A DNA stretch of 64,000 nt from Octopus vulgaris (Eukaryota). The stretch is taken from the NCBI GenBank assembly GCA_951406725.2, contig OX597818.1:39556001-39620000 (forward strand). The letters are read 5' to 3'. Every line of letters starts with the position of its first letter. The first letter of the stretch is position 1. Made by a program: the position numbers and the translations under genes. Under the pieces are notes generated by a model. It did no database searches, was not told where the DNA came from, and was given only the letters and a program-made list of their open reading frames with translations. Below are positions 36,614-51,662 of this stretch, piece after piece.

Positions 36614-39220
36614 CCAGTACTGTATTGCCAATTGTTATGATGATACTTTTTTTTTACACTATAACCATGTAGTAACAATTAATGTATAATAAAGGAGGGT
36701 TACAACAATGTAACAATCAAACAAATTCTACACAAACTGTACATGAACCAACAAATGACATTCCAACAAACTACCAAAACAATACCTTATGACTTCTTGT
36801 GATTAACGCCTACTCTGTCTCACTCTGACTGCTACTATTTATAGTCATTTGGTCAAGTCTATTCTTGCAGGGGCTGTTGTGACTCTCACTACAACATTTC
36901 TCTTTTGAGATTTCGACTTCCATAGGAAACGAAATTTATTCTATTATTAATTTTTTTTATCTTTCTTTCTTTCCAACATCTCTCCCTTTCTGAAATGTTG
37001 CTTCTCTAGCGAGTTCAGAACCTTTTCCACTTAGGAATTATTTCTAAATGTTCAGTCTGTTTATGTGTTACTATGCCTTCTAGGCTCAATCTCTTTTGGT
37101 GCTGGCACATCAAACATGTCATAAAACACTTCCATTGGAATTTTCTTCCTTTCTTCTGTAAGTCTGATTTTTAATTGATTTAGGTGTCATTGGCCTTTTA
37201 TTAAATACATCATGTTTCCAATTCTTTTAGTCACTACACCATCCTGCCAACTCTCTTTACTGTTCTTGAATACTTTGAAATGGACTTTGTCTCTGACATC
37301 AAAATTTTTCCTTTAAATTGTGTTCCATTGTCTGACACTATGGTGTCTAGAACACCGTATTGAGCAAAAAGTTTGTGCAAGAACTTAATTGTTGCCTTTG
37401 AAGTAGATTGACTGCACCTACATATGTCTGGTTACTTGGTAAAGCTATCAACAATGATCAAATAGTACACGTGATACACTGGTCCTGTGTAGTCTATATG
37501 TACCCTGGACCACGGACTATTCATCTCAGATCATGATTGGTATTTTACTGGTGGTGCCTTGACTGCTAGTACATAACCTCTACATGATTTTACCAAATGT
37601 TCAATGTCTTGGTCCATTGTCAGCCAATACATGTAACTCCTCATCAAAGCTTTCATTCTTGACATCCTCGGATGGCCACTATGAAATTCATGTAACACCC
37701 ATTTCTGAGGTGCAGTTGGCACTACCACTCTTTGTGCGTACAAAAATACTTTGTCGCAGAGTGAAAAATGGTTCGCATTTGAGTTTCTCTTTCATTTATT
37801 TTTCAAGGTCTCCTTCATTTTTATGATGTATTTGTCCTCAGCTGATTTACTTTTTATATCTTGTACAGTCACTGGAAACTCCTGAATGACATTACAAATA
37901 ATGTTTTTAATTTCCTTTTCTGATTATAATGCAGCTATTACATATCTTCCAACAGTTCTACATTCTTTGGAATTAGCCTAGATAAACAATCTGCATGGCC
38001 AATTTTCTTAGAAGGAATGTTTTCCATTTTAAAGTTGTAATTTAACAATATTGTACCCCAGCATTGTAATCTGTTAGCTGTATGGGTAGAAATTCCTTTC
38101 TTCAATCTGAAAATTGATAGTAATGGTTGGTGGTCCGTCTGAAGCCAAAACCTGTGGAGAAAACTGTGGAGAAATCAGTGAAATTTCTTCACAGCAAAAA
38201 TAATCTCTAGAGCTTCTTTCTCTGGCTGACTTGTGTTTTTCTGCTGCAATCAGAGCATGTGAGGCATGAACCACTGCCTTCATATATATTTATATTTGTG
38301 TAGCAAAACTGTTCCTACACCATATTCAGAAGCTCAGATGCTACACTCTCCACTGCAAGATCAAAATGAGCCAGCGACAAATCTGAAATTAATATTTTTT
38401 TAATATCCTGAAATGCCTTTTAACAGTTATTTGATCAATTCCATTTGGCGACTTTCTGTAGCAAATTATTAAGTGGAGTTCTCAATTCATACATGTTTGG
38501 TATGTAATTTTGGTAATAGGCCAAGAAAAGCTTGTAATGTCACTATGTTAGTTGGGGCAGGCATATTTTTAATTGCGTCCCAACAGGTCAGATCGTCTTC
38601 CATTTTTATCTATGATTTGTCTTAAATATTTTATTTTAGGCTAAAAGAATTTATATTTCTCCTCACTGAATGTGAAACTGTTATCTCTTATTTTTTGAAA
38701 AGCACACTTCACATATTCGATATGCTGATCATGAGATTCACTTTTAATCAATACATCATCGAGGCATTGAACAGCAAATTGAGACTGCCAACATCGCATC
38801 CATAACCTGTTGAAATATTGCAGGTGTGACTTTCAGACCAAATGGCAATCTATTATATTTGTATAGTCCTCTGTGCATATTCATTGTAAGAAGTTCGAGC
38901 AATCCTCGTCTACTTTAATTTGTAAATACACATCAGACAGATCTAGTTTCGAAAATATTTTGCCACCATTTAAATTTGCAAAAATATCCTTCAGAGTAGG
39001 CAGTGGATAGTGGCACATTTTTAGAGTTATTCAAACCAGTATAAAAATTGGCACACACCCTGATTTTGTTATTTCTTTTGTAATACACACAGTTGGTGCT
39101 GTCCACTTAGAATAATCTACTTTTTGAATAATCCCCATCTTCTCCAGTCTGTCTAATTCTTCCTCTACCTGCTTTATCACAGCAAATGGTACCTTTCTAT
39201 TAGGCTTCAGTAGAGCCAAC
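36614..39220 (-). mobile_element. Decayed Ty3/gypsy (Mag-like) retrotransposon: RT-RNaseH-integrase, PPT and 3' LTR (about 36614-36896)
   Basis: Motifs include VPFA...EELDRLEKMGII, FSKLDLSD, RLPFG, LDDVLI, H.GHP..SRMKALMRSY.YW, VHIDY.GP and IVSDNGTQF. The purine tract AAAAGAGAAA directly precedes TGTTGT at 36896. Confidence 0.9.
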
Positions 39221-39234
39221 TGCTGCGTATAACG

Positions 39235-40158
39235 TAAGGTGTCATTTTGGTAGTTTGCTGGAATATTGTTTGTTGGTTCATGTATAGTTCGTGGAGAGGT
39301 TGTTGGATTGTCACATTGTTGTTACCCTGCTTTGTTATATATGTTTATTGTTACTACATGGTTATAATGTAAAGAAAGCATCATCACAGCAATTAGCGAT
39401 TCAGTAATATTGGTGACGAGGATTCAAAGCCCATGTAGCTCAATTAACACATTTTTGTGTTACAATATTGTTAACGATGGAAGACCTATTGGTTTCTATA
39501 ATGAGGTTGCAAAAACAGCAGCAAGAACAGCAAAAGGAGTTGCAGAAACAACTACTTCAGTAACAAGAAAAACAACAACAGTTAATGGAGGTATGTCTTA
39601 AGAAGTCTGGAAACACTATACTCTTTACTCTTTTACTTGTTTCAATCATTTGACTGCGGCCATGCTGGAGCACCGCCTTTAATCAAGCAACTCAACCCCG
39701 GGACTTATTCTTTTTGTAAGCTCAGTACTTATTCTATCGGTCTCTTTTGCCGAACCACTAAGTGACGGGGACATAAACACACCAGCATCGCTTGTCAAGC
39801 AATGCTAGGGGGACAAACACAGACACACACACATACATATATATATAAATATACATATATACGACGGGCTTCTTTCAGTTTCCATCTACCAAATCCACTC
39901 ACAAGGCATTGGTCGGCCCGGGGCAATAGCAGAAGACACTTGCCCAAGATGCCACGCAGTGGGACTGAACCCGGAACCATGTGGTTGGTTAGCAAGCTAC
40001 TTACCACACAGCCACTCCTGTTTTTGCCAGATTGCATATTGAACCCTTTAACAGAATTTAGTTATGACCCAGAAAAGGGTATAACACTTGCAGTGTACTT
40101 TAGAAGGTACGATTGCAAGCCATTGATAGACAATGAAAAAGTAAGACTGGCTTTTTAG
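39235..40158 (+). mobile_element. Same gypsy family in opposite orientation: partial 5' LTR, PBS (39411-39423) and gag start (ATG 39477), interrupted by a SINE
   Basis: 39235-39409 is the reverse-complement homologue of about 36620-36790. The PBS TGGTGACGAGGAT fits the 3' end of tRNA-Ser(GCU) with one CpG decay. A Q-rich N-terminus is followed by EFSYDPE...YFRRY...KVRL. Confidence 0.8.
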
Positions 40159-40789
40159 CCTATTTCCTTCCTCAGTCTACATGCCTGAGTTTACTCTCAC
40201 TAGCCAGATAATATTTCTCTTTGTCCAAACATGTTTTTCATGGAAGACTGAAAATCAACAATATCCCTTGCATGATGGTAATATTTAGTTCGACATGTGA
40301 TGTCAAGAAAAAAGTCCATGCAAACACACATATGCATGTACGCACACACACACACACACACACATGTACACACATGCACACACACACATACCTATATATT
40401 TATGTATGAATGTGTATGCACATGGAGACCAGATGTTAAACAATGATGATATACATACATACATGCATGAATACATACATACACACATATGTGTGTGTGT
40501 ATACATATATATACGTACATGCACTCACACACACATGTACACACACACACATATGTAATTTGTTAGGGTAAATCTCAGCTGTATTATATCATGTCATCAT
40601 ATTATATTATTTCTTTGCCTGAAGAATTTTGAGTAGGAAATTCCTTGCATGTCTATCTAACATTTAAAACTTTGTTATTCCTATTGGCAAATGGAACATG
40701 TGTAATGGTAAACAAATAATACCAGAAAATTTCCAATTTCCTGTATATATGTGTGTATACACATACACACACAGATAAATACCCACCCC

Positions 40790-41320
40790 ACCATCTCCCG
40801 TCTCCCATTTCCCCCTCACCTACCACCCCACCTCTCCAACGCACCATTCTCCGAGTTTTCCAGCAACTCCAGTCTGACCCCTTCACTTCACACATCTTCC
40901 CTAACCGACCCCTCCTCTCTTTCAAATGAACCCACAACCTACCAGACCACTTGGTCCACAGCTTCTTCCCTAACCCAGCTCATTTCCCTGTTCCCGCCCA
41001 TGCTGTCGCACTTGCCCATGCCTCTCCAACACCATCCTCCTCACCGGCACCCATCATCGACCATATCATATCACCAACTCCTTCACCTGCACTTCTACCA
41101 ATGTCATCTACTGCATCTCCTGCTCTCTCTGCCCTTCTCTATACATCGGGCAAATGGGACACTGCTTGGCTGACCAGTTCGTGGAACACCTCCGAGACAT
41201 CCAACTCAGCAATGACACCCGTCTCGCAATATTTCCATTCTACTGGTCACTCTTTGCCCCTGTCTGTGTTTGGATTGTCCTTGCACAGGGGCCATCCGGA
41301 CTTCTGTTTGCACCATAAAC
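40790..41320 (+). mobile_element. Penelope-like element GIY-YIG remnant (different clade from the 9 kb copy)
   Basis: Translation reads FPCSRPCCRTC...FTCTSTNVIYCISCSLCPSLYIGQMG..LADQFVEHLRDI. Confidence 0.85.
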
Positions 41321-43918
41321 ACGAGAAAAATGCACGTGGAATTTGTGCAAAGCCGGCTGGCTTGAAATAATGCCACAAAATGCAGTATGTTTAAGAGACT
41401 AAAAAAGTAAGATGCAAAAGAGATATTTTCTTCAAGAGATAAAAGAGATCCCCTCACCCATTTCTGGCTTCAAACAATAATGGGCAATTTACTACAATAT
41501 CCTGGTGGTTCTTCGTTCTATACCCTTTGCTGTATGATAGCTCTAAGGAAGATGTGCTAGTGTTGATTTTCCAGCCCTGTGTAATAACAGAGTCAATTCA
41601 ACATGAATCAAATAATGTGCAAAATTGACACATCATTGTAGTACATAACACTTGCTCATCTGAAATGTGTGTAAACAAATTATGGATTATGTGGCTGTGT
41701 GGTAAGTAGCTTGCTTACCAGCCACATGGTTCCGGGTTCATTCCCACTGGGTGGCACCTTGGGCAAGTGTCTTCCACTATAGCCTCGGGCCAACCAAAGC
41801 CTTCTGAGTGGATTTGGTAGACAGAAACTGAAAGAAGCCCATCATATATATGTATATATATATATATATATATACATATATATACGTGTGTGTGTGTGTG
41901 TGTGTATTTGTGTGTCTGTGTTTGTCCCCCCAACATCGTTTGACAACTGATGCTGGTGTGTTTACATCCCCGTAACTTAGCAGTTTGGCAAAAGAGACCG
42001 AGAGAATAAGTACTAAGCTAACAAAGAATAAGTCCTGGGGTTGATTTGCTCGACTAAAGGTGGTGCTCCAGCATGGCCGCAGTCAAATCACTGAAACAAG
42101 TAAAAGAGTAAAAGAGTAAAAATACATAATTCTCAATTTTTCTTTGCATTTTATACTATACCCTGAAATCTTTGCAAGTGAACTTTGGAGTTACTAATCA
42201 AACAGGAGTACAAATGTAATTATATGGACTATATGGTCCATATGGTTCGCAACAATAATCGCTCATTGATCCAGTTAGTCCAATTGTGTTACTATAGAGT
42301 GCTCAAAAACATATTCGCCAGGAATTTACTGTCCCTATTTCTTTGTGTTGTATACATATATATACATACACGTACACAAACATACATACCCCTCCCACAC
42401 ACACACACATATCATGTTTCCTTCTCAAGCCATGCCAGGCTCATAAGGGCCAGTTTCTTGGCTTCCATGGCGTATATATTCCCCATCTGGATGGGATGCC
42501 GATCCGTCGCAGGATTACTCATTTTTGTGAGCTGAGTGAAATGGAGCAATGTGAAATGAAGAGTTTTGCTCAAGAATACAATGCATTGCCTGGTCTAAGA
42601 ATCGAAACCACAATCTTACGACCATGAGTCCAACATCCTAACCACTAACCCACATGCCTCCACTCACACAAACACACACACACACAAACATATATACTCT
42701 CTTCTACTCTTTTACTCATTTACTTGTTTCAGTCATTTGACTGTGGCCATGCTGGAGCACTGCCTTTAGTCGAGCAAATCAACCCCAGGACTTATTCTTT
42801 GTAAGCCCAGTACTTATTTTATCGGTCTCTGTTGCCGAACCGCTAAGTTACGGGGACATAAACACACCAGCATCGGTTGTCAAGCAATGCTGGGGGAACA
42901 AACACACACACATATATATGACGGGCTTCTTTCAGTTTCTGTCTACCAAATCCACTCACAAGGCTTTGGTTGGCCTGAAGCTATAGTAGAAGGCACTTGC
43001 CTAAGGTGCCACGCAGTGGGACTGAAACTGGAACCATGTGGTTGGTAAACAAGCTAATGATTGATATATATATTCATATTCATCATCATTGTTCAATGTC
43101 AGCTTTCCATGCTGGCATGGATTGGACAATATATACATACATACATATATCATCATCATCATCATCATTTAACGTCCGCTTTCCATGCTAGCATGGGTTG
43201 GACGGTTCAACTGGGGTTTGGGGAGCCCGAAGGCTGCACCAGGCCAGTCAGATCTGGCAGTGTTTCTACAGCTGGATGCCCTTCCTAACGCCAACCACTC
43301 CGAGAGTGTAGTGGGTGATTTTATGTGCCACCGACACAGGTGCCAGACGAGGCTGGCGAACGGCCACGCTCGGATGGTGTTTTTTATGTGCCACCGACAC
43401 AGGTGCCAGACGAGGCTGGCAGACGGCCACGCTCGGATGGTGTTTTTATGTGCCACCAACACAGGTGCCAGATGAGGCTGGCGAACGGCCACGATCGGAT
43501 GGTGTTTGTTACGTGCCCACAGCACGGAGGCCAGTCGATGCGGTACTGGCTACGGCCACGTTCGGATGGTTTTCTTGTGTGCCACCGGCACTGGTACCAC
43601 AAAGATACAAATTCCATTGATGTTCATCTATTTTGATTTGTTTTGATTTTCACTTGCCTCAACAGGTCTTATATATATATATATATTGTTGTGTCTGGGT
43701 AGAGTCATTTTCTTTTTGTGCCGTATAATTTAACACACTCACCGGTAAAATTTCCACTTATTTTTATTTTTATTTTCCTAAGATTTTTGTTGCTTCTTGC
43801 AACCTTTTCAATAGTCGTGACACAAAAAAGAAAATGACTCTCCCTAGACACAACAGAATATGCTTCAACACACGAACTCATATAAAGAATCTTGCAATGC
43901 AAGCCAAATCCAAAAACG

Positions 43919-44480
<562 letters not shown>

Positions 44481-44923
44481 GTATACTGAAAATTGATATT
44501 AACATCTAGGTAGAATGTGATAGGATGAAGGAAAAAGCCAGTCATCACTAAGTGTAACTAAGAATGCCGAGGCACCTACATTGCTAGAAATAAGAGTTAA
44601 AACACTCTTAATGCTGTAAGAGGAACATAAATGTATACACACTAAATCATCCATAAATTTTTGTGGTAACTACAATTATGCTGGCAGGTGAAATTAGCCA
44701 ATCATGAGCTATTCGAGCAGTCCTCACTGATGATGTCCACAGTACAGGCAAAACTAGATCTAGTCTTGGGATCCTTGAGTTAGTCACTGGGCGGTTACCT
44801 CCCCTGTCAATATGTGTTCATACCGTTGTGCTCCTCTTACACCATCAATAGTATTTCAACTCTTATTTCTAGCAATATAGGTATTTCGGCATCATTAGTC
44901 ACAGTGACAATTGAATATATATC

Positions 44924-44974
<51 letters not shown>

Positions 44975-44979
44975 GTCTG

Positions 44980-45019
<40 letters not shown>

Positions 45020-45310
45020 ACTATCTATATGTGTGTGTATGTGTGTGTGTGTGTTTGTGTGTAGAGGTATGCGGCTTAGTGGTTAGGGTGTCAGCACCAT
45101 GATCGTAAGATTGTGGTTTCGATTCCTGGATCGGGTGATGCATTATGTTCTTGAGGAAGACACTTCATTTCATGTTGCTCCAATCCACTCAGCAGGCAAA
45201 AATGAGTGATGCTGCGATGGACTGGTGTCCTGTCCAACTGGGGAACACATACTCCATTGAAACTGGGAAACTGGGCCCATGAGCCTGGCTAGGCTTTAAA
45301 AGGGTTCATT

Positions 45311-45348
<38 letters not shown>

Positions 45349-45782
45349 TCTCAGACACACACACTTACATGCTGACTTCTCTTCTAAACTGTGAGTAACC
45401 TTGTGGCTCATCTACAGTAAGAAACCTGTTCTCTGGCTTCTCGCATTATTTAACCCCTCATCTCCAAGCATTAAACCACCTGTCATGAGGTCCATAGCTT
45501 TGTAAGCTGTACACTGATCTCATGGGTGCTGGTGGCATGAAAAAAGAAGAATCCAATACATGCTGTAAAGGAGATGGCATTAAGAAGGGTATCCAGTTGT
45601 TTAAACCCATACCAGAGAAAACAGCAGGAGGGCAATGCAGTCCTTGGATCCATTGGATCCAGTCAAAACATGTAACTTATGCCAATATAGAACATGGATG
45701 TTAATATGATTATGATGATGACGATGATGATGATGATGATGATGATGACGACGACGACGACATATATATGTACATAAATGTA

Positions 45783-45833
<51 letters not shown>

Positions 45834-46980
45834 ATGTGTGTGTATAACATCTTACACTGTTTTCTGTTAGTTTTTTCTATGTATGCTTCTGCAAATTGAG
45901 ACTTCTGTATTATTTTCAAGAGCGGAAAAAGAGAAAAAAGATCAAAGCTTCTACTGTAGAATGGAAATCTATTGCTCTAATAATTATTTTTTATATGTAT
46001 ACAACAAACATTAACTAATGATTTAATCATACCTCTACTATTAGAATTATAAATAACACATTACCTTAGATTGAAAATTAGTAGCTGGTCCTTCAGTGAT
46101 ACTTGTGGTAGATTCTAATGTCATCTTTGAAAAGTTTTATAGTTTGTGTGTGGTCGTGATGTACCAACATGGTATAAATGAACTTTATGCTATTAATTTA
46201 CATTTTTTTGTGTGTGTGTTGTTGCATAAGAGAAGTTTTGACAAGGTTACTCTAGCATGGGACTTTGGTTGTGATAAGAACAATATTTTTTTTTTTAATT
46301 GATAAATGATAATAGTTTGGATGAGTGTTGATACCTTGAAAATAATGTAAGCTGTAATATATTCAATTATTATTTTGAAATGTATGTCAAAAAGTGAAAC
46401 ATTCTACTAAGGGAAACAAAACAGAGATAAAACTGGATTTTAAAACCTCAGCTGAAATGAAAAGGTGTTACAAATTTGTTTATGTCTACAAACGCAGGTA
46501 TGATAATGTGTTTACAAAGTTCACTTTGTAATCTCTTGGTTCTGTGTTCAATCCAAATCTGAGGCACCTGATGCAAATATTTTTTACTATAACCATGGAT
46601 TGATCAATATTTTGTGAATGGAATTTGATAGATGAAAATTTTATGGAAATCCTTCATACATATATATACATACACACATGTATGTATGTACAGGTGTGTG
46701 TTTTCTTCTGTTTCTAATCACTTGAAATGAATGGATGAATGAATGAATCAATCATCATCGTTTAACGTCCGCTTTCCATGCTAGCATGGGTTGGACGATT
46801 TGACTGAGAAATGTGCGAACCAGATGGCTGCACCAGGTTCCTGTCTTGATCTGGCAGAGTTTCTACAGCTGGATGCCCTTCTTAACACCAGGATCAATAA
46901 ATGAATGAATAAATAAATAAGTGAATGAATGAATGAATGAATGAATGAATGAAAGAATGAAGGTATGTAATGTATGTATG

Positions 46981-47011
<31 letters not shown>

Positions 47012-48725
47012 TGTGTGTATGTATGTATGTATGTATGTATGTATGTATGTATGTATGTATGTACTTATGTATGTACTTATGTATGTCATGAATATATGTT
47101 TGTCTGTGTCTATGTTTATGCTGGACGGATAACAGGTGTTGTTTATGTTGCATTCATTAATGGTCCTATAACTTAGTGATTGAATAAAGAAATTTCAACA
47201 ACATAAGAATCAGACTTTAAAAAATGTACTGAGGTTGATATGATATAGGGTATTTCATTGTGACTAAAATCCACGGTAAAAACCTTTACTACATTATTTA
47301 GGAAGCTGATGTGTTAATAGCAGCAACTTAACATTATCACAGTACCTTGACAAAAACCAAGAAAAAAGCAAAAAATCACTGAATCCAATCAAAGGATTCA
47401 TTCATTAACAAATTTATGAAAATTATTTACTTACTCTTTTATTTTTTTATTTGTTTCAGTCATTTGACTACAGCCATCGACCCCAGGACTCATCCTTTGT
47501 AAGCCTAGTACTTATTCTATTAGTCTCTTTTGCCAAACCGCTAAGTTACAGGGATGTAAACACATCGGCATCGGTTGGCAAGTGGGGACAAACATATACT
47601 CACATATGTGTACATATATATATATGTGTATATGTGTGTATAAAACAAAAATAAAAGCTAAAGCAAAAAATGTAGTATTCAGCCTCATCTCCATCCCTAT
47701 TGCCAAATCACTGAGGTAAAATTTCAGTAATATTTTTAAAAATCAGAATGCAAAATTTTAAACATATCCTGGTGTCTTGTGCTCAAGAATACCCATCCAC
47801 CACAGCTGCAGAAATTATATCCTAAAACCACCTTAGTAATACTTAGTAATGTGCTAGGTTTGGCTTCAAACATTTCACCTACATTTCATTCCTAACTCTC
47901 ATCACTTCCCTATCTATGGTACTACTCAGCTGCTGTAATCACCTGAGAGCAGAATAGATACATACTGCATCCCCTCTCCTCAGTTACTTTCCTTCCCCAA
48001 GACCACCTCCATTTCTTCTTAACTTCCCTTACCTACTGTTTCCACCATTCACCTCTTTTCTATACTTTCAGTCATTATTCACTCTCCTCTGCTACACTTC
48101 ATCTTTAACACCTCTTATCTGCTATCAGTCAACATCCTCATATCCACCATAACACCCTCACTCCACTAGTCACCCTTATTTCTGTCACCATAACTTGCTA
48201 CAGCCACCTCTATCCTGTCTCTAACCATTCATTCTTACATTCTTGTGAAACTCCCCACTTTATCTCTCCCAGCCCATTCATCCAATCCAATCCTCTGTAT
48301 CCTATACCCTGAGGGTATGTCCCAACACATCTTCACTACCATCTCTCTCTCTCTCTCTCTCCCTCCCCTCTCTAACTCTCTCTTTCTGTCCTTTCTTTTT
48401 CAACTGGGATATCCATATATCTCTTCTTCAGCAAAACACCTTTCTCTAACCCTCTTTGATACTTTTTAACCTCTCTACCACAAGAACCTCCCAACTCCAA
48501 CCTCCTCCTCATACCTTAACTCCCATTTAACATAAGAATGCAGCACCCCCATCCCTCCTCAGGTTCATAGGCTTGTAGAAAAAAACCCTCATACACATTG
48601 TAAATTGGTGTAGAAACCATGCCAAAGCAGACACAGGAGCAGGACGCAGTCCTTGGAATAAGTGGATCCTTGTTAAACTATCCAACTCATACCAGCATGG
48701 ATCATAAACATTAAAGGAAAGGATA

Positions 48726-48760
<35 letters not shown>

Positions 48761-49594
48761 GATATATATACATACATACATATATATATACATATCTCCT
48801 TGTTTTCTGTGTCCCTTTCTGTAGAAGAGCGTAGACTCGAAACGTAAAAGACTTTTTCTATTCCTGAGCATTATACTAATACATCTGTTTGTTTTGTACA
48901 CCAGCTGTCTTTGTCTATTGTTTTTTTTTTCGTAAACTCTCCCTATATATACATATATTTACATATATATATATATATATATATATGCATATATGTGTGT
49001 GTATGTATAAACAGATGTATGTATTTTTCCCTTGTTAACAATTAACACGGAAAAAACATATAAATACTTACTAGGGTTGCAAAAAATCACACAAGTAAAA
49101 AGGTTGTAACTCCTTGTTTTTAAAGGTAGAAACTTCGGGTTTACGTGAAATATTTTGTATGATATATATAAATAAATAAATGGAGTTAAACACAGGTGTT
49201 ATTCAAATTCTTTTACTTCCAACACATGCATCGAAGATATCACTGGTATTATTCCAAGGGAATAAAATGGTGTAAAACAATGTAATCTTCTCGTCAGGGA
49301 AATGAAGAAATGAAACTCGTCAATAAGACATTTTAAAAGAAAATGATGGATATGTATAGTGATTAACTTAACGCTATTAAGATTGTTTCAAAAATTCTGA
49401 ACTATTTTTTATTCTTTTTTCTAAAATTCCCCTTGTAAATACGGTTATAGAGTGTGCATACTGATGTAAACTTAGGCAGAAACACACCTTTAGTTCATAT
49501 AAGTGATATCTATCATTATATATAATTTACACATTAATTTTCTTCTTACATTTCACATTCACTAGATATATCTTTTTCCAAGTCTATATGGTTT

Positions 49595-49597
<3 letters not shown>

Positions 49598-49626
<29 letters not shown>

Positions 49627-50010
49627 TGTATGTATGTATGTATGTATGTATGTATGTATGGATGGATGGATGGATGGATGGATGGATGTATGTATGTATG
49701 GATGGATGGATGGATGGATGGATGTATGTATGTATGGATGGATGGATGGATGGATGTATGTATGTATGTATGTATGTATGGATGGATGGATGGATGGATG
49801 TATGTATGTATGTATGGATGGATGGATGGATGGATGTATGTATGGATGGATGTATGGATGGATGTATGTATATGTATGGATGGATGGATGGATGTATGGA
49901 TGTATGTATGTATGTATGTATGTATGTATGGATGGATGGATGGATGGATGGATGTATGTATGGATGGATGGATGGATGTATGTATGTATGTACGTACGTA
50001 TGTACGTACG
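49598..50010. repeat. Mixed (ATGT)n/(ATGG)n microsatellite in a SINE A linker
   Basis: Directly visible, and followed by a SINE A 3' half. Confidence 0.95.
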
Positions 50011-51631
50011 TGTGTATCTTTGCGCTTGTTTACATCAGCATGGTTTAGCTGTTTGGCAAAAGTGACAACTAGAATAAGTACTAAACTGAAAATAAGTCCT
50101 GGGTTTTATTTTTTTTTATTAAATCCATCAAGGTAATGCCCCAGCATGACCACAATCCAATGACAGAAACAAGTAATAGTTAAAAGAGAAAAGACATCAT
50201 ATTGCATCCTCAGATTACTAAAAAAGACTTTGACTTCATGTTGTATATCAAAAATAAATAAGCTAGGCAGATGTCCACTTCTAAACTGAGGACTGTTCTC
50301 AGCATAGGACTCCTAAGGCTGGTTACTCAGTTTCCGTAGCATATAAGTGACCGAAATCACATTAGCCACTGGAAAAGGATGCTAGTTCATTGCAGTCATC
50401 AATTTTGAGGAGAGGACCAAATCAATTACATCAATCCCAATACTTGACTAGTACTTTATTTTATCAATTTCACAGACATGAAAGGCAAAATTGACTTCAA
50501 CAGGATTTGAACTCAGAATTGAAAGAAGAGATACTTCTAACCATTTTGTCTGACATGCTAATGATTCTGCAAACTCACCAATCTTTGTATGCAATATTCT
50601 TTTCTACTCTAGGCACAAGGTCTGAAATTTTGGGGGAGGGGGCCACTGAATTAGATTGACCCCTGTATGCAACTGGTACTTAATTTATCGACCCTGAGAG
50701 GATAAAAAGCAAAGTTGACCTCATCAGAATTTGAACTCAGAACATTAAGACAGACGAAATACTGCTAAGCATTTCGCCCAGCATGCTAACGTTTCTGCCA
50801 ATTCACCACTTCCTTTGTATGCAATATTAACAGTCAATAATGTACTCATTAGTTATACACTACTTCTGTAGTTTATGGTTGTAAGTTTTCCCCATTTGCT
50901 ATACCTAGTTACAGATAGATGACCATGACAATTAGAAAGGGAAGCATTTGTACAAGGATACAAAACCCACTTGATCCAGGGACCCTCTTAAACTCCAAAA
51001 AGATGTTTAGTCAATGCCCTCATTACAAGAATTTGCCAACTAGGAAAACACAATCGGCTATACGCTGACCTGTGTTACATGCAAATAGAATCAATCTAAA
51101 GGACAATAACTCTACCTCCACGTTGATTGCCAGTAGAATTTCATTCTGGAATTTTTTGTTTACAAAGTTAACTAACGGTGATGTGTTCTTCCCTCCTGTT
51201 GTAGAGAGGTTATGTACCTTCAGCTAATGATTCTGTGGAGTCACCTATAGAGTTAAGTGCTCTATAGGTGTGAAACCAATGGTCACTCTCCAACCAGCCA
51301 AGCAAACAACCTTCTGAGTATTATCGTTATAATGTTTTAGAGTGTGCTTCTTTGCGGATATATGAATTATTGACTGACATTATATATATATATATGTTCT
51401 TTTACTTGTTCAGCCATTTGACTGTGGCCATGCTGGGACTCTGCCTTGAAGGGTTTTAGTCAAATAAATTGACCCTAGGACTCATTTTTTGAATCCTAAT
51501 TCTTATTTTGCTGGTCTCTTTTGCTGAAGTGCTAAGTTATGAGGATGTAAACATACCAACACTGGTTGTGAAACAGTGATGGGGGACAAACACAGACACA
51601 AATACATACATATATACATACATACTGCGCC

Positions 51632-51661
<30 letters not shown>

Positions 51662-51662
<1 letters not shown>

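Noticed and set aside
41458-41576. Minus-strand 119-nt candidate exon (AG|GGCTGG...ATGG|GTGAGG)
   Set aside because: The length is not a multiple of 3, so it breaks the frame between the predicted exons, and the peptide is unrecognisable.
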